Shown one piece after another: positions 48,673 to 60,500 of a stretch of 64,000 bases of DNA. The position numbers and the translations under genes are program-made. The stretch is from Squalus acanthias. Taxonomy: Eukaryota. Under the pieces are notes generated by a model. That model made no database searches. It was not told the DNA's origin and worked only from the letters and a program-made list of their open reading frames with translations. How positions within the stretch are numbered: position 1 is the stretch's first letter; each line of letters starts with the position of its first letter. The stretch covers positions 95,916,001 through 95,980,000 of the forward strand of contig CM059431.1 of the NCBI GenBank assembly GCA_030390025.1, given 5' to 3'.

Positions 48673-49175
48673 TAACGTAACCAAGTGTAGCAGTTTGATT
48701 TTTTAAGAATAAATATAGCTACTTTTTAGTTGCCACAACACTCCTGATACTAAATAACCTTTCAATTATGGAGACTGTTGGACTATGTGAAACTGACAAG
48801 AAAGCACTGAAACTCCACTAACCTGACAGCTGCGAGTCATTACTTTAAATAACGTCCCTGGAGCCGGCTTCCTGCTGCTTCACGCCAGCTCTCCCTGTCG
48901 CTGTTTACTCCAGGCGCTAAGGTAGGTGGCGCCAATCAATTTCGCAGATCGGGTGCTCAGTGAGCGTTGCACACTCACTGATGTCACGATCCACCTGGCG
49001 TTGAGGCACCCGGGTGATAATTGTTAGCGGTGGCGCTGCGGGGGGCAGGATTTGACGTGCAGTGTTGGATTCGCCTCGCCCCATCGATAATGCTTTAGCG
49101 CCCCATTAGCATCATCTGCTGGCGCTAATGGGAGGCGCTAAGGTACCAAATTTTCCCCGTTTGTCCGAAACCAAG

Positions 49176-51410
49176 ATCAAGCTATCCCACTCCCTATCAT
49201 TCTGGTGTGCTCCATGTGCTTATCCAATAACCGCTTGAAAGTTCCTAAAGTGTCCGACTCCACTATCACAGCAGGCAGTCCATTCCACACCCCAACCACT
49301 CTCTGAGTAAACAATCTACCTCGGACATCCCTTCTATATCTCCCCCCATGCACCTTATAGTTATGCCCCCTTGTAACAGCTACATCCCACCCAAGGAAAT
49401 AGTCTCTGAACATCCACTCTATCTATCCCCCTCATCATCTTATAAACCTCTATTAAGTCGCCTCTCATCCTCCTCCGCTCTAAAGAGAAAAGCCCTAGCT
49501 CCCTCAATCTTTCCTCATAAGACCTCCCCCCCAAACCAGACAGCATCCTGGTAAATCTCCTTTGCACTCTTTCCAATGCTTCCACGTCCTTCCTATAGTG
49601 AGGTGACCAGAACTGCACATAATATTCCTAATGTGGTCTCACCAAGGTCCTGTACAGTTGCAGCATAACCTCACGGTTCTTAAATTCAAACCCCTTGTTA
49701 ATAAACGCTAACACACTATAGGCCTTCTTTACTGCTCTATCCACTTGAGTGGCAACCTTCAGAGATCTGTGGATATGAACCCCCAGATCCCTCTGTTAGA
49801 AAACATAGAAACATAGAAACTAGGAGCAGGAGTAGGCCATTCGGCCCGTCGAGCCTGCTCCACCATTCAATACGATCATGGCTGATCATCCAAATCCAGT
49901 ACCCTGTCCCTGCTTTCTCACACCGAATCCCCACATCGAGCCTGCACCTATCCCACCCTATCCCCGTAACCCCACGTATTTAATTCCCCCTAACATATCC
50001 CATCCTATCCCCATAACCCCACATATTTAATCCCCTCCTAACACTAAGGGTCAATTTATCATAGCCAAATCAACCTAACCCGCACATTTTTGGACTGTGG
50101 GAGGAAACCGGAGCACCCGGAGGAAACCCACGCAGACACGGGGAGAATGTGCAAACTCCACACAGACAGTCACCCGAGGTCAGATTCGAACCCGGGTCCC
50201 TGGCGCTGTGAAGCACCAGTGCTAACCACTATGCCACCGTGTTGCCCTCCACGTTCCTCAGAACCCTGCCGTTGACCCTGTAATCCTTATTCAAATTTGC
50301 CCTACCAAAATGAATCACCTCGCACTTATCAGGGTTAAATTCCATCTGCCATTTTTCGGCCCAGCTCTGCATCCTATCAATGTCTCTTTGCAGCCTACAA
50401 CAGCCCTCCACCTCATCCACTACTCCACCAATCTTGGTGTCATCAGCAAATTTACTGATCCACCCTTCAGTCCCCTCCTCCAAGTCATTGATAAAAATCA
50501 CAAACAGCAGAGGACCCAGCACCGACCCCTGTGGCACACCGCTGGTAACTGGTCTCCAGTCCGAAAATTTTCCATCCACCACCACCCTCTGCCTTCTATG
50601 AGATAGCCAGTTACTTATCCAATCGGCCAAATTTCCCTCTATCCCACAACTCCTTACTTTCTTCATGAGACGACCATGGGGAACCTTATCAAACGCCTTA
50701 CTAAAATCCATGTATACGACATCAACTGCTTTACCTTCATCTACACACTTAGTTACCTCCTCAAAGAATTCAATCAAATTTGTTAGGCAAGACTTACCCT
50801 TCACGAATCCGTGTTGACTATCCCGGATTAAGTTGCATCTTTCCAAATGGTCATAAATCCTATCCCTCAGGACCTTTTCCATTATCTTACCAACCACCGA
50901 ACTAAGACTAACCGGCCTATAATTACCAGGGTCATTCCTATTTCCTTTCTTGAAGAGAGGAACAACATTCGCCACTCTCCAGTCCTCTGGTACCATCCCC
51001 GTGGACAGTGAGGACCCAAATATCAAAGCCAAAGGCTGTGCAATCTCCTCCCTTGCCTCCCAAAGAATCCTAGAATATATCCCATCTGGCCCAGGGGACT
51101 TATCGACCCTCAGGTTCTTCAAAATTGCTAAAACATCTTCCCTCAGAACATCTACCTCCTCCAGCCTATCCACCTTTATCACACTCTCATCCTCAAAAAC
51201 ATGGCCCCTCTCCTCGGTGAACACTGACGAAAAGTATTCATTCATCACCTCTCCTATCTCTTCTGACTCCATGCACAAGTTCCCACTACTGTCCTTGACT
51301 GGCCCTACCCTCACCCTGGTCATTCTTTTATTTCTCACATAAGAGTAAAAAGCCTTGGGGTTTTCCTTGATCCGACCCGCCAAGGACTTCTCATGCCCCC
51401 TCCTAGCTCT
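49176..51410 (-). mobile_element. CR1 family D, 5'-truncated, interrupted by a SINE
   Basis: 384-aa ORF 50229-51383(-) RT core, plus ORFs 49361-49618 and 49177-49413. Confidence 0.93.
49798..50247 (-). mobile_element. HE1-type V-SINE with a CR1-derived 3' tail
   Basis: tRNA-like head (TGGCATAGTGG..GGTTCGAATC), V-domain GTGTGGAGTTTGCACATTCTCCCCGTGTCTGCGTGGGTTTCCTCCGGGTGCTCCGGTTTCCTCCCACA. Confidence 0.92.
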
Positions 51411-51619
51411 AACGCAAAAGTTGAGAGCAATGGACCAAGTAGCACATCTCAGTCACAGCCTCCCCAGTAAACCTGAGCCTTTTCGTACACTGCAACTTTG
51501 TTCACACTCAGGTGACTGACTGCCACAGTACAGCTGTTGCTGTTGTGGTACCTACTGCAAGCTCTCCCCAACATTTATCGCTCAATATAATCACTAGAAA
51601 CCCTGGCCATTTGTCTCCA

Positions 51620-51715
51620 TTAATGTTTGTGCGACCTTGAGATTTTGCTGTGCGCAAATTGGTTGTCGAGTTGGCTGCATTACAAAAGTGACTACGCCTC
51701 AAAAATACTTAACTG
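51620..51715 (+). mobile_element. DeuSINE 3' fragment
   Basis: TTGCTGTGCGCAAATTGG..CATTACAAAAGTGACTAC. Confidence 0.65.
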
Positions 51716-52445
51716 GTTGCATTTATATTGCGCCTTTAATTTAGTAAAACATCCAAAGGCGCTTCAATGGAATGTTATCAAGCACAATTTGACACCGAAC
51801 CACATAAGGAGATAGTGTCAGCTGTGGCTCAGTTGGTAGCACTCTCGCCTCTGAGGCAGAAGATTGTGGGTTCAAGTCCCACTCCAGAAATCCGAGCATA
51901 AAAATCTAGGCTGACACTCCAGTGCAGTATTGAGTGAGTGCTGCACTATTGGAGATGTCGTCTTTCGGATGAGACATTAAACTGAGGCCCTGTCTGCCCT
52001 CTCAGGTGGACATGAAAGATCCCATGGCACTATGTCAAAGAAGAGCTGCGGAGTTACCCTGGCCAATATTTATCCCTCAATCAATATCACAAAAAAAATT
52101 ATCTGGTCATTATCACATTGCTGTTTGTGAGAGCTTGCTGTGTGCAAATTGGCTGTCGTGTTTCCTACATTACAACAGTGACTACACTTCAAAAGTACAA
52201 ATGGGCTGTAAAGTGTTTTGGGACGTTGTGAAAGGTGCAATATAAATGCAAGTCTTTCTTTCTTTAGGACAGGTGACCAAAAGCTTGGTCAAAGAGGTAG
52301 GGTTTAAGGACCGTCTTAAAGGAGGATAGGTAGAGAGTCGGAGAGGTTGAAGGAGGGAATTCCAGAGCTTAGAGCCTAGGCAGCTAAAAGCACGGCCACC
52401 AATGGTGGAGCGATGAAAATCAGGGATTCACAAGAGACCAGGAGG
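51716..52445 (-). mobile_element. L2 3' fragment split by a SINE
   Basis: 51716-51814 and 52264-52445 are collinear with 29870-30150. Confidence 0.85.
51815..52263 (+). mobile_element. SacSINE1/DeuSINE-like SINE, full length
   Basis: A box TGGCTCAGTTGG, B box GGTTCAAGTCC, Deu core, tail AAGGTGCAATATAAATGCAAG(TCTT)n. Confidence 0.9.
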
Positions 52446-53279
52446 AGCACTTATGTGGTGCAAATGTTATCTGCTGTAAGGAAAGGGTTAATCAGATTGT
52501 CCTGAAGTCTACTAATGTTATACTACTATTGATTTCTCTTTATATTGCAGTAATATTATCCTTTAGACTTTACTTGTTAAGCAAGGAAGTATGCCAATTT
52601 AAAGTGGTGACCACTAAGCAGTTGAACCAAGGTGAAACTGATCATTGCTGTAGGTTGAATCCTACAGCAATGGTCAGTGTTCGGATAAAGTAATCAAGAA
52701 TGTAATTAAAGACGTGCCATTGTATACTGGCTCCTACCATTTTAGAGAACTTTAATCATTTGATAATGAATGCAGGAAAACAGTTCATTCTGCAAAAGGA
52801 AAACATCTGGGCATACATCATCCTTTTTAATTGGGGTTTCTGTCGTACCGAATGACACTGAATCAAAAGTATAATTAAATGTATCACTTAATGCAATAGC
52901 AATTATATGTAACAAGAGTGAAACTATTGATAAGATAACAAAGTAAACGAGTTGTACCAATCTCATTAGTCCAATGGAAAAGGAGCTCATTAAGTAACAA
53001 AATTAGTTTATTGATAAAGTTATTGATAAAGGACAAGCTCAATTAAATTCTCCTTATAGAGCTGTGTTTTAACTTTAACTATAATCATGTAATGCAGAAA
53101 CATGTGGATTGTCAAGTAGAGGAGGTGAAAGAAGATCTCAGATACTGAGCTCAGAACTCTAACACGTTTGAATCTTCAACCAAACCTTGATTGGGTGCGG
53201 TAATAAGTACGATCTTTTAAGTGTATTTTTAAGTACTATTGCATGTACTGTATGCTTAATAAAGCTATGACTTTGATAG

Positions 53280-54050
53280 GGCCGTAACTGACCAGGTTAG
53301 ATTTGTTCTGCTTTTTGTGGATAGGATATACCTGGGCAATTTTCAACAGGTAGATGTCAGTGTCACAGCTGTACTGGAATAGCTTGGCTAGGGGTGACCC
53401 CTAGTTCTTGTGTGGAAGTCTTCAGCATTATAGCCAGCTTAGTCTTTGATGAGTCCAGTGCATTAAGCCACTTCCTAATATGACATGGAATGAACTGATT
53501 TGGCTGGATACCGGCATCTATGATGGCGGGGACTCGGGAGGAGGTCGAGTAGAATCGTCCACTCGGCACTTTTGGATGAGGACACTGTAAGCAGTTCAGC
53601 CTCATCTCTTGCACTCACAAGTCAAGCTCTCTGAAGGTGGTAGCTGGAGTTATTCATGGAGCCACCTCCTCCCATTAATTACCTGGTTGCCCGCCACCAT
53701 TCTTGTCTGGATGTGGTAGGGCTAGATCTTTTGCTAGGACCACATAGTTCAGTCCACAGCATATATATACTATATGGTATCAGAGGAAGCACACCTCAAA
53801 ACATCACATGTCCATAACAAGAGCTACCTGAATGCTAAACAGCTATATAGCAGCAGGCTATAGACAAAGCTATGCAGTCCCACGACCAGTAGATCAGAGC
53901 AAAAGATCTGTACCCCTGTCAAGTCCAAACAAGAATGGTGGTGGGAAACCAGGCAACTGTTTGCAAGAGGAGGCTCTATGAATGGCACTTCCAAATTTCT
54001 GATCCACTGACCTACACACCAATTCTCCAATCTCTGCACCAGTCGGGCAA
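53280..54050. mobile_element. Old LINE remnants
   Basis: Minus-strand translation IRKWLNALDSSK..IMLKT..EL resembles a pre-RT segment; heavily decayed. Confidence 0.5.
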
Positions 54051-55017
54051 GACTCTGTACTGGGAATGGGGAGTCAGAAAATAATTTGCCCTACAATGTG
54101 TATATAATACTGTGTATTTATAAAATGCTGCACCCATATAGTCAGTGTACAGCAGAGTGTGCGCATACAGTCCACATGGAGGGAGCATGTGAGAGGCATA
54201 GAGAGAGAGAAAGAAAGGGAGTCAGAGTGGGAAAAGTGGGTTGTAGGAAAAATTGGAGCAGTAGGCAAGTAGACAGTTACAGAGAACGGGAGAATTATTT
54301 TTTTTCTCCAAGATCAATGTCACATGAGATCCGACTGTAGTACAAATGAAAAGTGATGGAGCTGCTCCTGGCTCTATGCCAAGCTTGCCATTTTGGATCA
54401 GCATCAACTCTGGGAGCACTTCCATGTATCTGCATCTTGACCTCATTTCCTTGACAGCGTGTGGTACAGGGAAGGGAGTTATAGGTTCACCATTCAACCT
54501 GTCAGGGAACTCAGTGCGATCCAGATGAATATAGAGGGTGCTGTATTTAAAGGTACACATATTCAACTTTTATTTGCAGAAAAAAGGGAACAGGGAACAA
54601 TCTGACCTTTAAAAATTAAATCTTACAAACAGAAGGCAGACATAACTCCACCTACAATGTGTTGTTACGCCGAACAGATGGGTTTAAAATGGTTCCTACA
54701 GGGCTACTTCCCTGCTGTGTCTCATCACTGCAGTCTGTCTACAGTGGCACTGCACAAGTTCAGATATTTGCTACATGCCAGTCCATATTGACAGAACTTT
54801 TGCCATTTGGCCGAAGTTTACTTACTGCAACTTGTCTGCAGATGATCACGTGCAGAATTATGTAAAAATGCAGCCAGCTGCAGAGAAAATTGCAGGGAGC
54901 TGCAGTTCAGCAGATCAGAGATTGCCCTGTGAATGGAGCCATTGTGCCCTTTCCGTATAACCTTTTAGACACCATTTTCAGTCAGGGCCAAATATTTGTG
55001 TAACCAAAAATTATAAT

Positions 55018-55757
55018 GGCCCAGAAATTCGGGTCCCCACGGGTGAGTACGCGCTGTGTACTCACCCGTAAGGCCAACAAAAGTGCCGGTCTCGCGCATG
55101 CACTGCGCATGTGCTGGAAAGCAGAACTTCTGTTCCCTTGAAAGAAGGGGTTCACAGGTCACACGCGTGCGCCGGAGAGGCAGCGCGTAGACATGGAACT
55201 TCGGCTTTTTTTACAGGTTTCTCCGTGCGGGTAAGTCCCTAGCAGCTGCGCGTGGCTTTTAACAAGGTAAGAGGTGAATTAAGTAAAATTGAAACATTTT
55301 TTCCACAGGTTTATCATTTTTAAATACTTTAAAGAAAGGTAAGTTTATTTTTAGCCCCGTTAAAAACTTTAATTAATTTTTTCAAAAATGTAAATTTGTT
55401 TAAAAGAGTTAATATGTAATTTATAGTTATTTTAAAAATGTGATTTTATTTTTAAAATTTATTTGAAGTTTTACTTAGGTTTTGGGGCCGATCTCTGTTC
55501 ATAGATTTGACAGGTCTTCCTGTCAAATCTATGAATGGAGATTCCCTGCTCCGATTGGCTCCCCATGGCCCACGTGATCCCAGGGGACGCTGCGAACTAG
55601 CTTCGCCGCTGGGATACGCGAGCACTGCACACCGGCAGCTGGAGGAGGCCCAGGATCGGAATCCCACGCGGGCTCACAGCACAACGGCAGGCGCGCTAGG
55701 TAAGTGCAGGTTGGGGGCTTGCGCCCGCAGGAAGCCTCCAACCCAAATTTCTGGGCC
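55018..55757 (+). mobile_element. Harbinger-type MITE, copy 4
   Basis: AAT|GGCCCAGAAATT...AATTTCTGGGCC|AAT. Confidence 0.92.
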
Positions 55758-55985
55758 AATAAAAACTGCTGACCTTCGTCACTCCCCTTTACACGTTAAA
55801 CAAACAATTAATGTTTGAGATCTTAGAAAATACCATGTCAAACAGCAAATTAAAAAACTTGTGAATGGTGCATTAATGTGTTTCAGGCCAGATATTTGCA
55901 AGTAACTGTATTCTCAATGACATACTAGCCTTTCACTATTTTCAGTTACCAGTTAAATCACTAAACAGGGCAGATAGGACATAAT

Positions 55986-56765
55986 AGGTGGAATTTTGCA
56001 GTCAGCAGCGAACGAACAGTGCCAGCTGTTTGTTACTTGCACTTGCTCATAGTTTCTGTGGACTTTTGCACTGGTAGTTCCTGTCAGTCAACTATGGAAA
56101 AAGCACAGTGCCCCCTACAGAGCATATGGCACCTGTGTGAACAGGGCAAGCAACTGTACTTCTCCTTAACCAATCAGATTGAAGAATTGTTAATGAGCAG
56201 CACAGTGTCTGAACCTGGAAGTGTCAGTTATAATAGTTGATTCAATGCCAAATCAGGTACAGAAAGCAAAATAGAGAGAGGAAAAGAAAGATTGGATTAA
56301 GAGCAATAAAGGAGACAGAAAGAAAAGTAAAAGAAAAAATGTATTTAATTTTTATTTTTTAAATCTCCAATAATAATTAAAATCTGAAGGAATGAGACTC
56401 CATGCTTGTTAAAGTTAATTTTCAGTGCCAGAGAGGTTGTTTGGCATTAATTAATACTTGCCACGGCATTAAAAGGGTACTTACACTGGAATGGAAAAGC
56501 CCTAACTTTTTCTGGCGAGTTTAGTCTGTATCTATGAGGTAAGTACAGCAACTTCATGCTGTTCAATGTATTTGAACGGTGAGTCAGACAGCAAGATACC
56601 ATTATAGCGCAGCTTTTGGAGGAGCAGGGCATCTCTTGACAGCAAGTTCCGGATTTTTGTGTTTAACTGCGCAAAAGCGGTCACTGGAAGTTGCTGTCCG
56701 ATTTCCATGTAAATAATGGTGAGCGCGGTTAGCCTCACTGTTATTTCTACTGCAAAATCCGTCCC
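55986..56765. mobile_element. Older MITE of a different family
   Basis: AAT|AGGTGGAATTTTGCAG...CTGCAAAATCCGTCCC|AAT, imperfect 16-bp TIRs. Confidence 0.7.
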
Positions 56766-57027
56766 AATACCATTGTATTGCAGCAGAGGTCAAATGGCAT
56801 GGTCACCTAGGCAACCCTAGCAGCTGTAATTAAGGCCCAGCGGGGCAAGTCAGGAGGTTTACCATCCATTCCTGTAATCTGCCAAAGTGTTCACTCTTTC
56901 TGCAGCCCACAGGTGGCCCATTCTGCATTCCATTAATGGCTGTCTTATATTCTTGAAAAATCAGGAAAGGAAATGTACTTGTTTATCCAGCAGAAGTCAA
57001 AATTGAACACTTGAGAACAAGTGAAGA

Positions 57028-59245
57028 AATAAGAACATAAGAAATAGGAGCAGGAGTAGACCAATTGGCCCCTTGAGCCTGCTCCGCCATTCAATAAGAT
57101 CATGGCTGATCTGATCCTAACCGCCAATCTACTATCACAGAACCATCTCCTGAACCTAACAGAATTGGACACACGAAATAGGAGCAGGATCAGGCTACAC
57201 GGCCCCTGGGCCCGCTACGCTACCCACAGGGCCATGACCGATCCGAACCTAGACTCATGTCCAAATTCCTGCCCGCTCCCCGTAACCTTTAATTCCCTTT
57301 ACTTCTAGGAAACTGTCTATTTCTGTTTTAAATTTATGTAATGATGTAGCTTCTACAGCTTTTTGGGGCAGCATATTCCATGGACCTACCACCCTCTGAA
57401 TGAAGTAGTTCCTTCTCATCTCAGTTTTGAAAGAGCAGCCCCTTATTCTAAGACTATGCCCCCTAGTTCTAGTTTCACCTATCATCGGGAACATCCTCCC
57501 CGCATCCACCCGATCCAACCCCTTCACAATCTTATATGTTTCAATAAGATCGCCTCTCATTCTTCTGAACTCCAATGAGTAGAGTCCCAATCTATCCAAC
57601 CTCTCCTCATATGTCCATCCCCTCATCCCTGGGATTAACCGAGTGAACCTTCTTTGTACTGCCTCGAGAGCAAGTATGTCTTTTCTTAAGTATGGACACC
57701 AAAACTGTATGCAGTATTCCAGGTGCGGTCTCACCAATACCTTGTACAACTGCAGCAATACCTCCCTATTTTTATATTCTATCCCCCTAGCAATGAAAGC
57801 CAACATTCCATTGGCCTTCTTAATCACTTGCTGCACCTGCATACTAACCTTTTGAGTTTCGTGCACCAGGACCCCCAGATCCCTTTGTACTGCAGTACTT
57901 TCCAGTTTCTTGCCATTAAGATAATAACTTGCTCTACTATTTTTCCTGCCAAAGTGCAGAACCTCACACTTCCCAGTATTGTATTCCATCTGCCAAATCT
58001 CTGCCCACTTACTTAGCCTGTCTATGTCCCCTTGCAGATTTTTTATGTTCTCCTCACTCACTACTTTCCCTCCCATCTTAGTATCATCTGGAAACTTTGA
58101 TATGTTACACTCGGTCCCCTCCTCCAAATCGTTAATATAGATTGTAAAGAGTTGGGGACCCAGCACTGACCCCTGCAGAACACCACTAGTTACTGATTGC
58201 CAGTCTGAGAATGAACCATTTATCCCAACTCTCTGCCTTCTGTTAGATAACCAATGCTCTATCCATGCCAGAATATTACCCCCAATCCCGTGATATTTTA
58301 CCTTAAGCAATAATTTTTTGTGTGGCACCTTGTCAAATGCCTTTTGGAAGTCTAAATACACCACATCCACTGGTTCCCCTTTATCCACCCTGTATGTTAC
58401 TTCCTCAAAGAACTCCAGCAAATTTGTCAAACATGACTTCCCCTTCATAAAACCATGCTGACTTTGTCCTATTAAATTATGATTATCCAAATGTCCCGTA
58501 CTGTCTCCTTAATAATGGACTCCAAAATTTTACCTACCACAGATGTTAGGCTAACCGGTCTATAGTTGCCAGCCTTCTGTCTACTGCCCTTTTTAAATAA
58601 GGGTGTTACATTAGCAGTTTTCCAGTCTGCCGTGATCTTTGCTGAGTCCAGGGAGTTTTGGAAAATTATTACCAATGCATCCACAATCCCTACCGCCACT
58701 TCCCTCAAGACCCTAGGATATAAGCCATCAGGTCCAGGTGATTTATCCGCCTTGAGTCCCATTATTTTACCGAGTACCACTTCCTTAGTGATTTTGATCG
58801 TGTTTAGCTCCTCCCCCCCTATAGCCCCCTGTTTGTCCAGTGTTGGGATATTCTTAGTGTCCTCTACTGTAAAAACTGATACAAAATATTCATTCAGTGT
58901 ATTTGCCATCTCCATATTTCCCACCATTAATTTCCCAGTCTCATCCTCTAAGGGACCAACATTTACTTTAGCCACCCTTTTTCTTTTTATATAACTATAA
59001 AAACTCTTACTATCTGTTTTTATATTTTTTGCTAATTTACTTTCATAATCTATCTTCCTTTTCTTAATCAATCTTTTTGTTATTTTTTGCTGTCTTTTAA
59101 AGTTTTCCCAATCCTCTATCCTCCCACTAGATTTGGCTCCTTATATGCCCTTGTTTTTAGTCGAATACTATCCTTAATTTCTTTACTTAGCCATGGATAA
59201 CTGTCTTTTCTTTTACACCCTTTTCTTCTCAGTGGAATATTTTTT
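57028..59245 (-). mobile_element. CR1 family E, 5'-truncated, one frameshift, long duplicated 3'UTR
   Basis: ORFs 58472-59071 and 57255-58490(-) cover the RT (FPDD in place of FADD). Confidence 0.94.
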
Positions 59246-59646
59246 ATTTTTTTTTACGTACAGGGAGCGATTTAGTATCACGACCGCCCCATTTGTGATT
59301 AAAAATGGGATCAAGATTACATGACTGGTGAAAGTGCCAATTTATTGTGAAATTGCTGTTCAGGCGGACCTCCATCCAGGCGGGTGAAGCACCTGTTGGA
59401 AGCAGGTGGGCGGCTCCTACATATATGCAAATCGGGGTCAAATGGCAAAGTTAAAACCACGGATGCCATTTTCGGCGCGGCCCACCTGACTACCACCAGC
59501 TCCAGCTTCTGCCCACCAACCATGAGAGGTACATCGGGAGGCGGCCATTTCTAGTGATATTTAAAGGGATTTTCATCTGTACACATGGTGCCTGCTGCTG
59601 TAAAGTGCTGCTTCTATTCATTCCCATGCTAATACCCCTTCCTTTC

Positions 59647-59750
59647 ATAAATAAAAAGAGAAAATGTTGGAAATACTCAGCAGGTCAGGCAGCATCTGTG
59701 GAGATAGAAACAGAGTTAACGTTTCAGGTCGATGACCCTTCATCAGAACT
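59647..59750 (-). mobile_element. Penelope-type short element with target-site duplication
   Basis: TCCTTTC at 59640-59646 and 59751-59757; hammerhead core at its 5' end on the minus strand. Confidence 0.75.
59714..59750 (-). ncRNA. Minimal hammerhead ribozyme-like motif
   Basis: Minus strand AGTT-CTGATGA-A-GGGTC.ATC.GACCT-GAAA-CG-TT-AACT. Confidence 0.75.
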
Positions 59751-60388
59751 TCCTTTCCCATTCGGCAGCCCCACCTGATTTCCCTGTTGCAGCATATTGG
59801 GGAGCGTTTTTCGTGCTGGCAGCTTGCCGACAGCATTCTAATTAAACAAGGACTAAAAATGATTGGCTTCCATGCTGACCAATCTGGACAGCTGTCATTT
59901 ACTGCCCACAGCTCGTCCAAATAACACTCAAAATTAAAACCGCAGGCTGGATGGACAAATCGGTCTTTTCCTGTCCGCTATTGTCGTATTTTTGTAAAAT
60001 GACTTCCTGTACACAAACCAATTTTCTGGCCAGAACTTCAAAAATTATGGGGGTCACCTGACTGTGACCCATTGAGGCCAGGCTAACTTTATAGGTGACA
60101 ATAAACACACTTTTTTGACTAGCATTTTTACTGGAGGAACTGTATAATATTATACTCCATGACAAGTGTGTGTGCTTCTACCCCCCACACTCCATCCACC
60201 CCCAAACCCCGCCAAAAAAAACGCATCAAGAACTTGACCAGTTCTTCCGTATATTTTTCTTATTTGCCAAGATTTTCATTTTTAGGCAGTGTCATTGTAC
60301 ATATTTTGGTCAGAAGGTGCATAGCTGAAGTGCAGGCTTGGTTCAAAAACATAAACGTGGTAAAAGGTGCCACACAGACCATGTAGGA

Positions 60389-60500
60389 TAGGCTGGCCAT
60401 ACGTCCTCGTTTTCCGGGGACAGTCCCTGGATTAGGGACTGTGTCCCCGGGCAAACAACATCTCCGGGAGAGTCCCCTATTCAGGAAACTCGTCCCCAAA
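60389..60500 (+). mobile_element. hAT (Blackjack-like) end fragment
   Basis: Aligns by eye to 43680-43790. Confidence 0.6.

Larger units (their letters stand above)
44240..49158. mobile_element. Second PIF/Harbinger two-gene transposon, apparently with both ends, decayed
   Basis: Ends GGGCCAGAAATT / AAATTTTCCCC; subterminal TTAGCGCC/GGCGCTAA motifs; Myb gene (+) convergent with transposase (-). Confidence 0.82.

Noticed and set aside
50160..50247. tRNA gene (also 51815-51890)
   Set aside because: The A/B boxes belong to SINE heads and run on into SINE bodies.
52637..52660. Similarity to miR-181b (CATTGCTG)
   Set aside because: Only a short internal match; the seed and precursor shape do not fit.
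52742..52990. Hydrophobic 82-aa minus-strand ORF as a membrane protein
   Set aside because: Hydrophobicity is expected from AT-rich sequence; no splice or homology support.
54222..54566. THAP-like ending (EPGAAPSLF) in a 114-aa minus-strand ORF
   Set aside because: The C2CH zinc ligands and the conserved Trp are absent; probably chance, though the region could be a constrained non-coding island.
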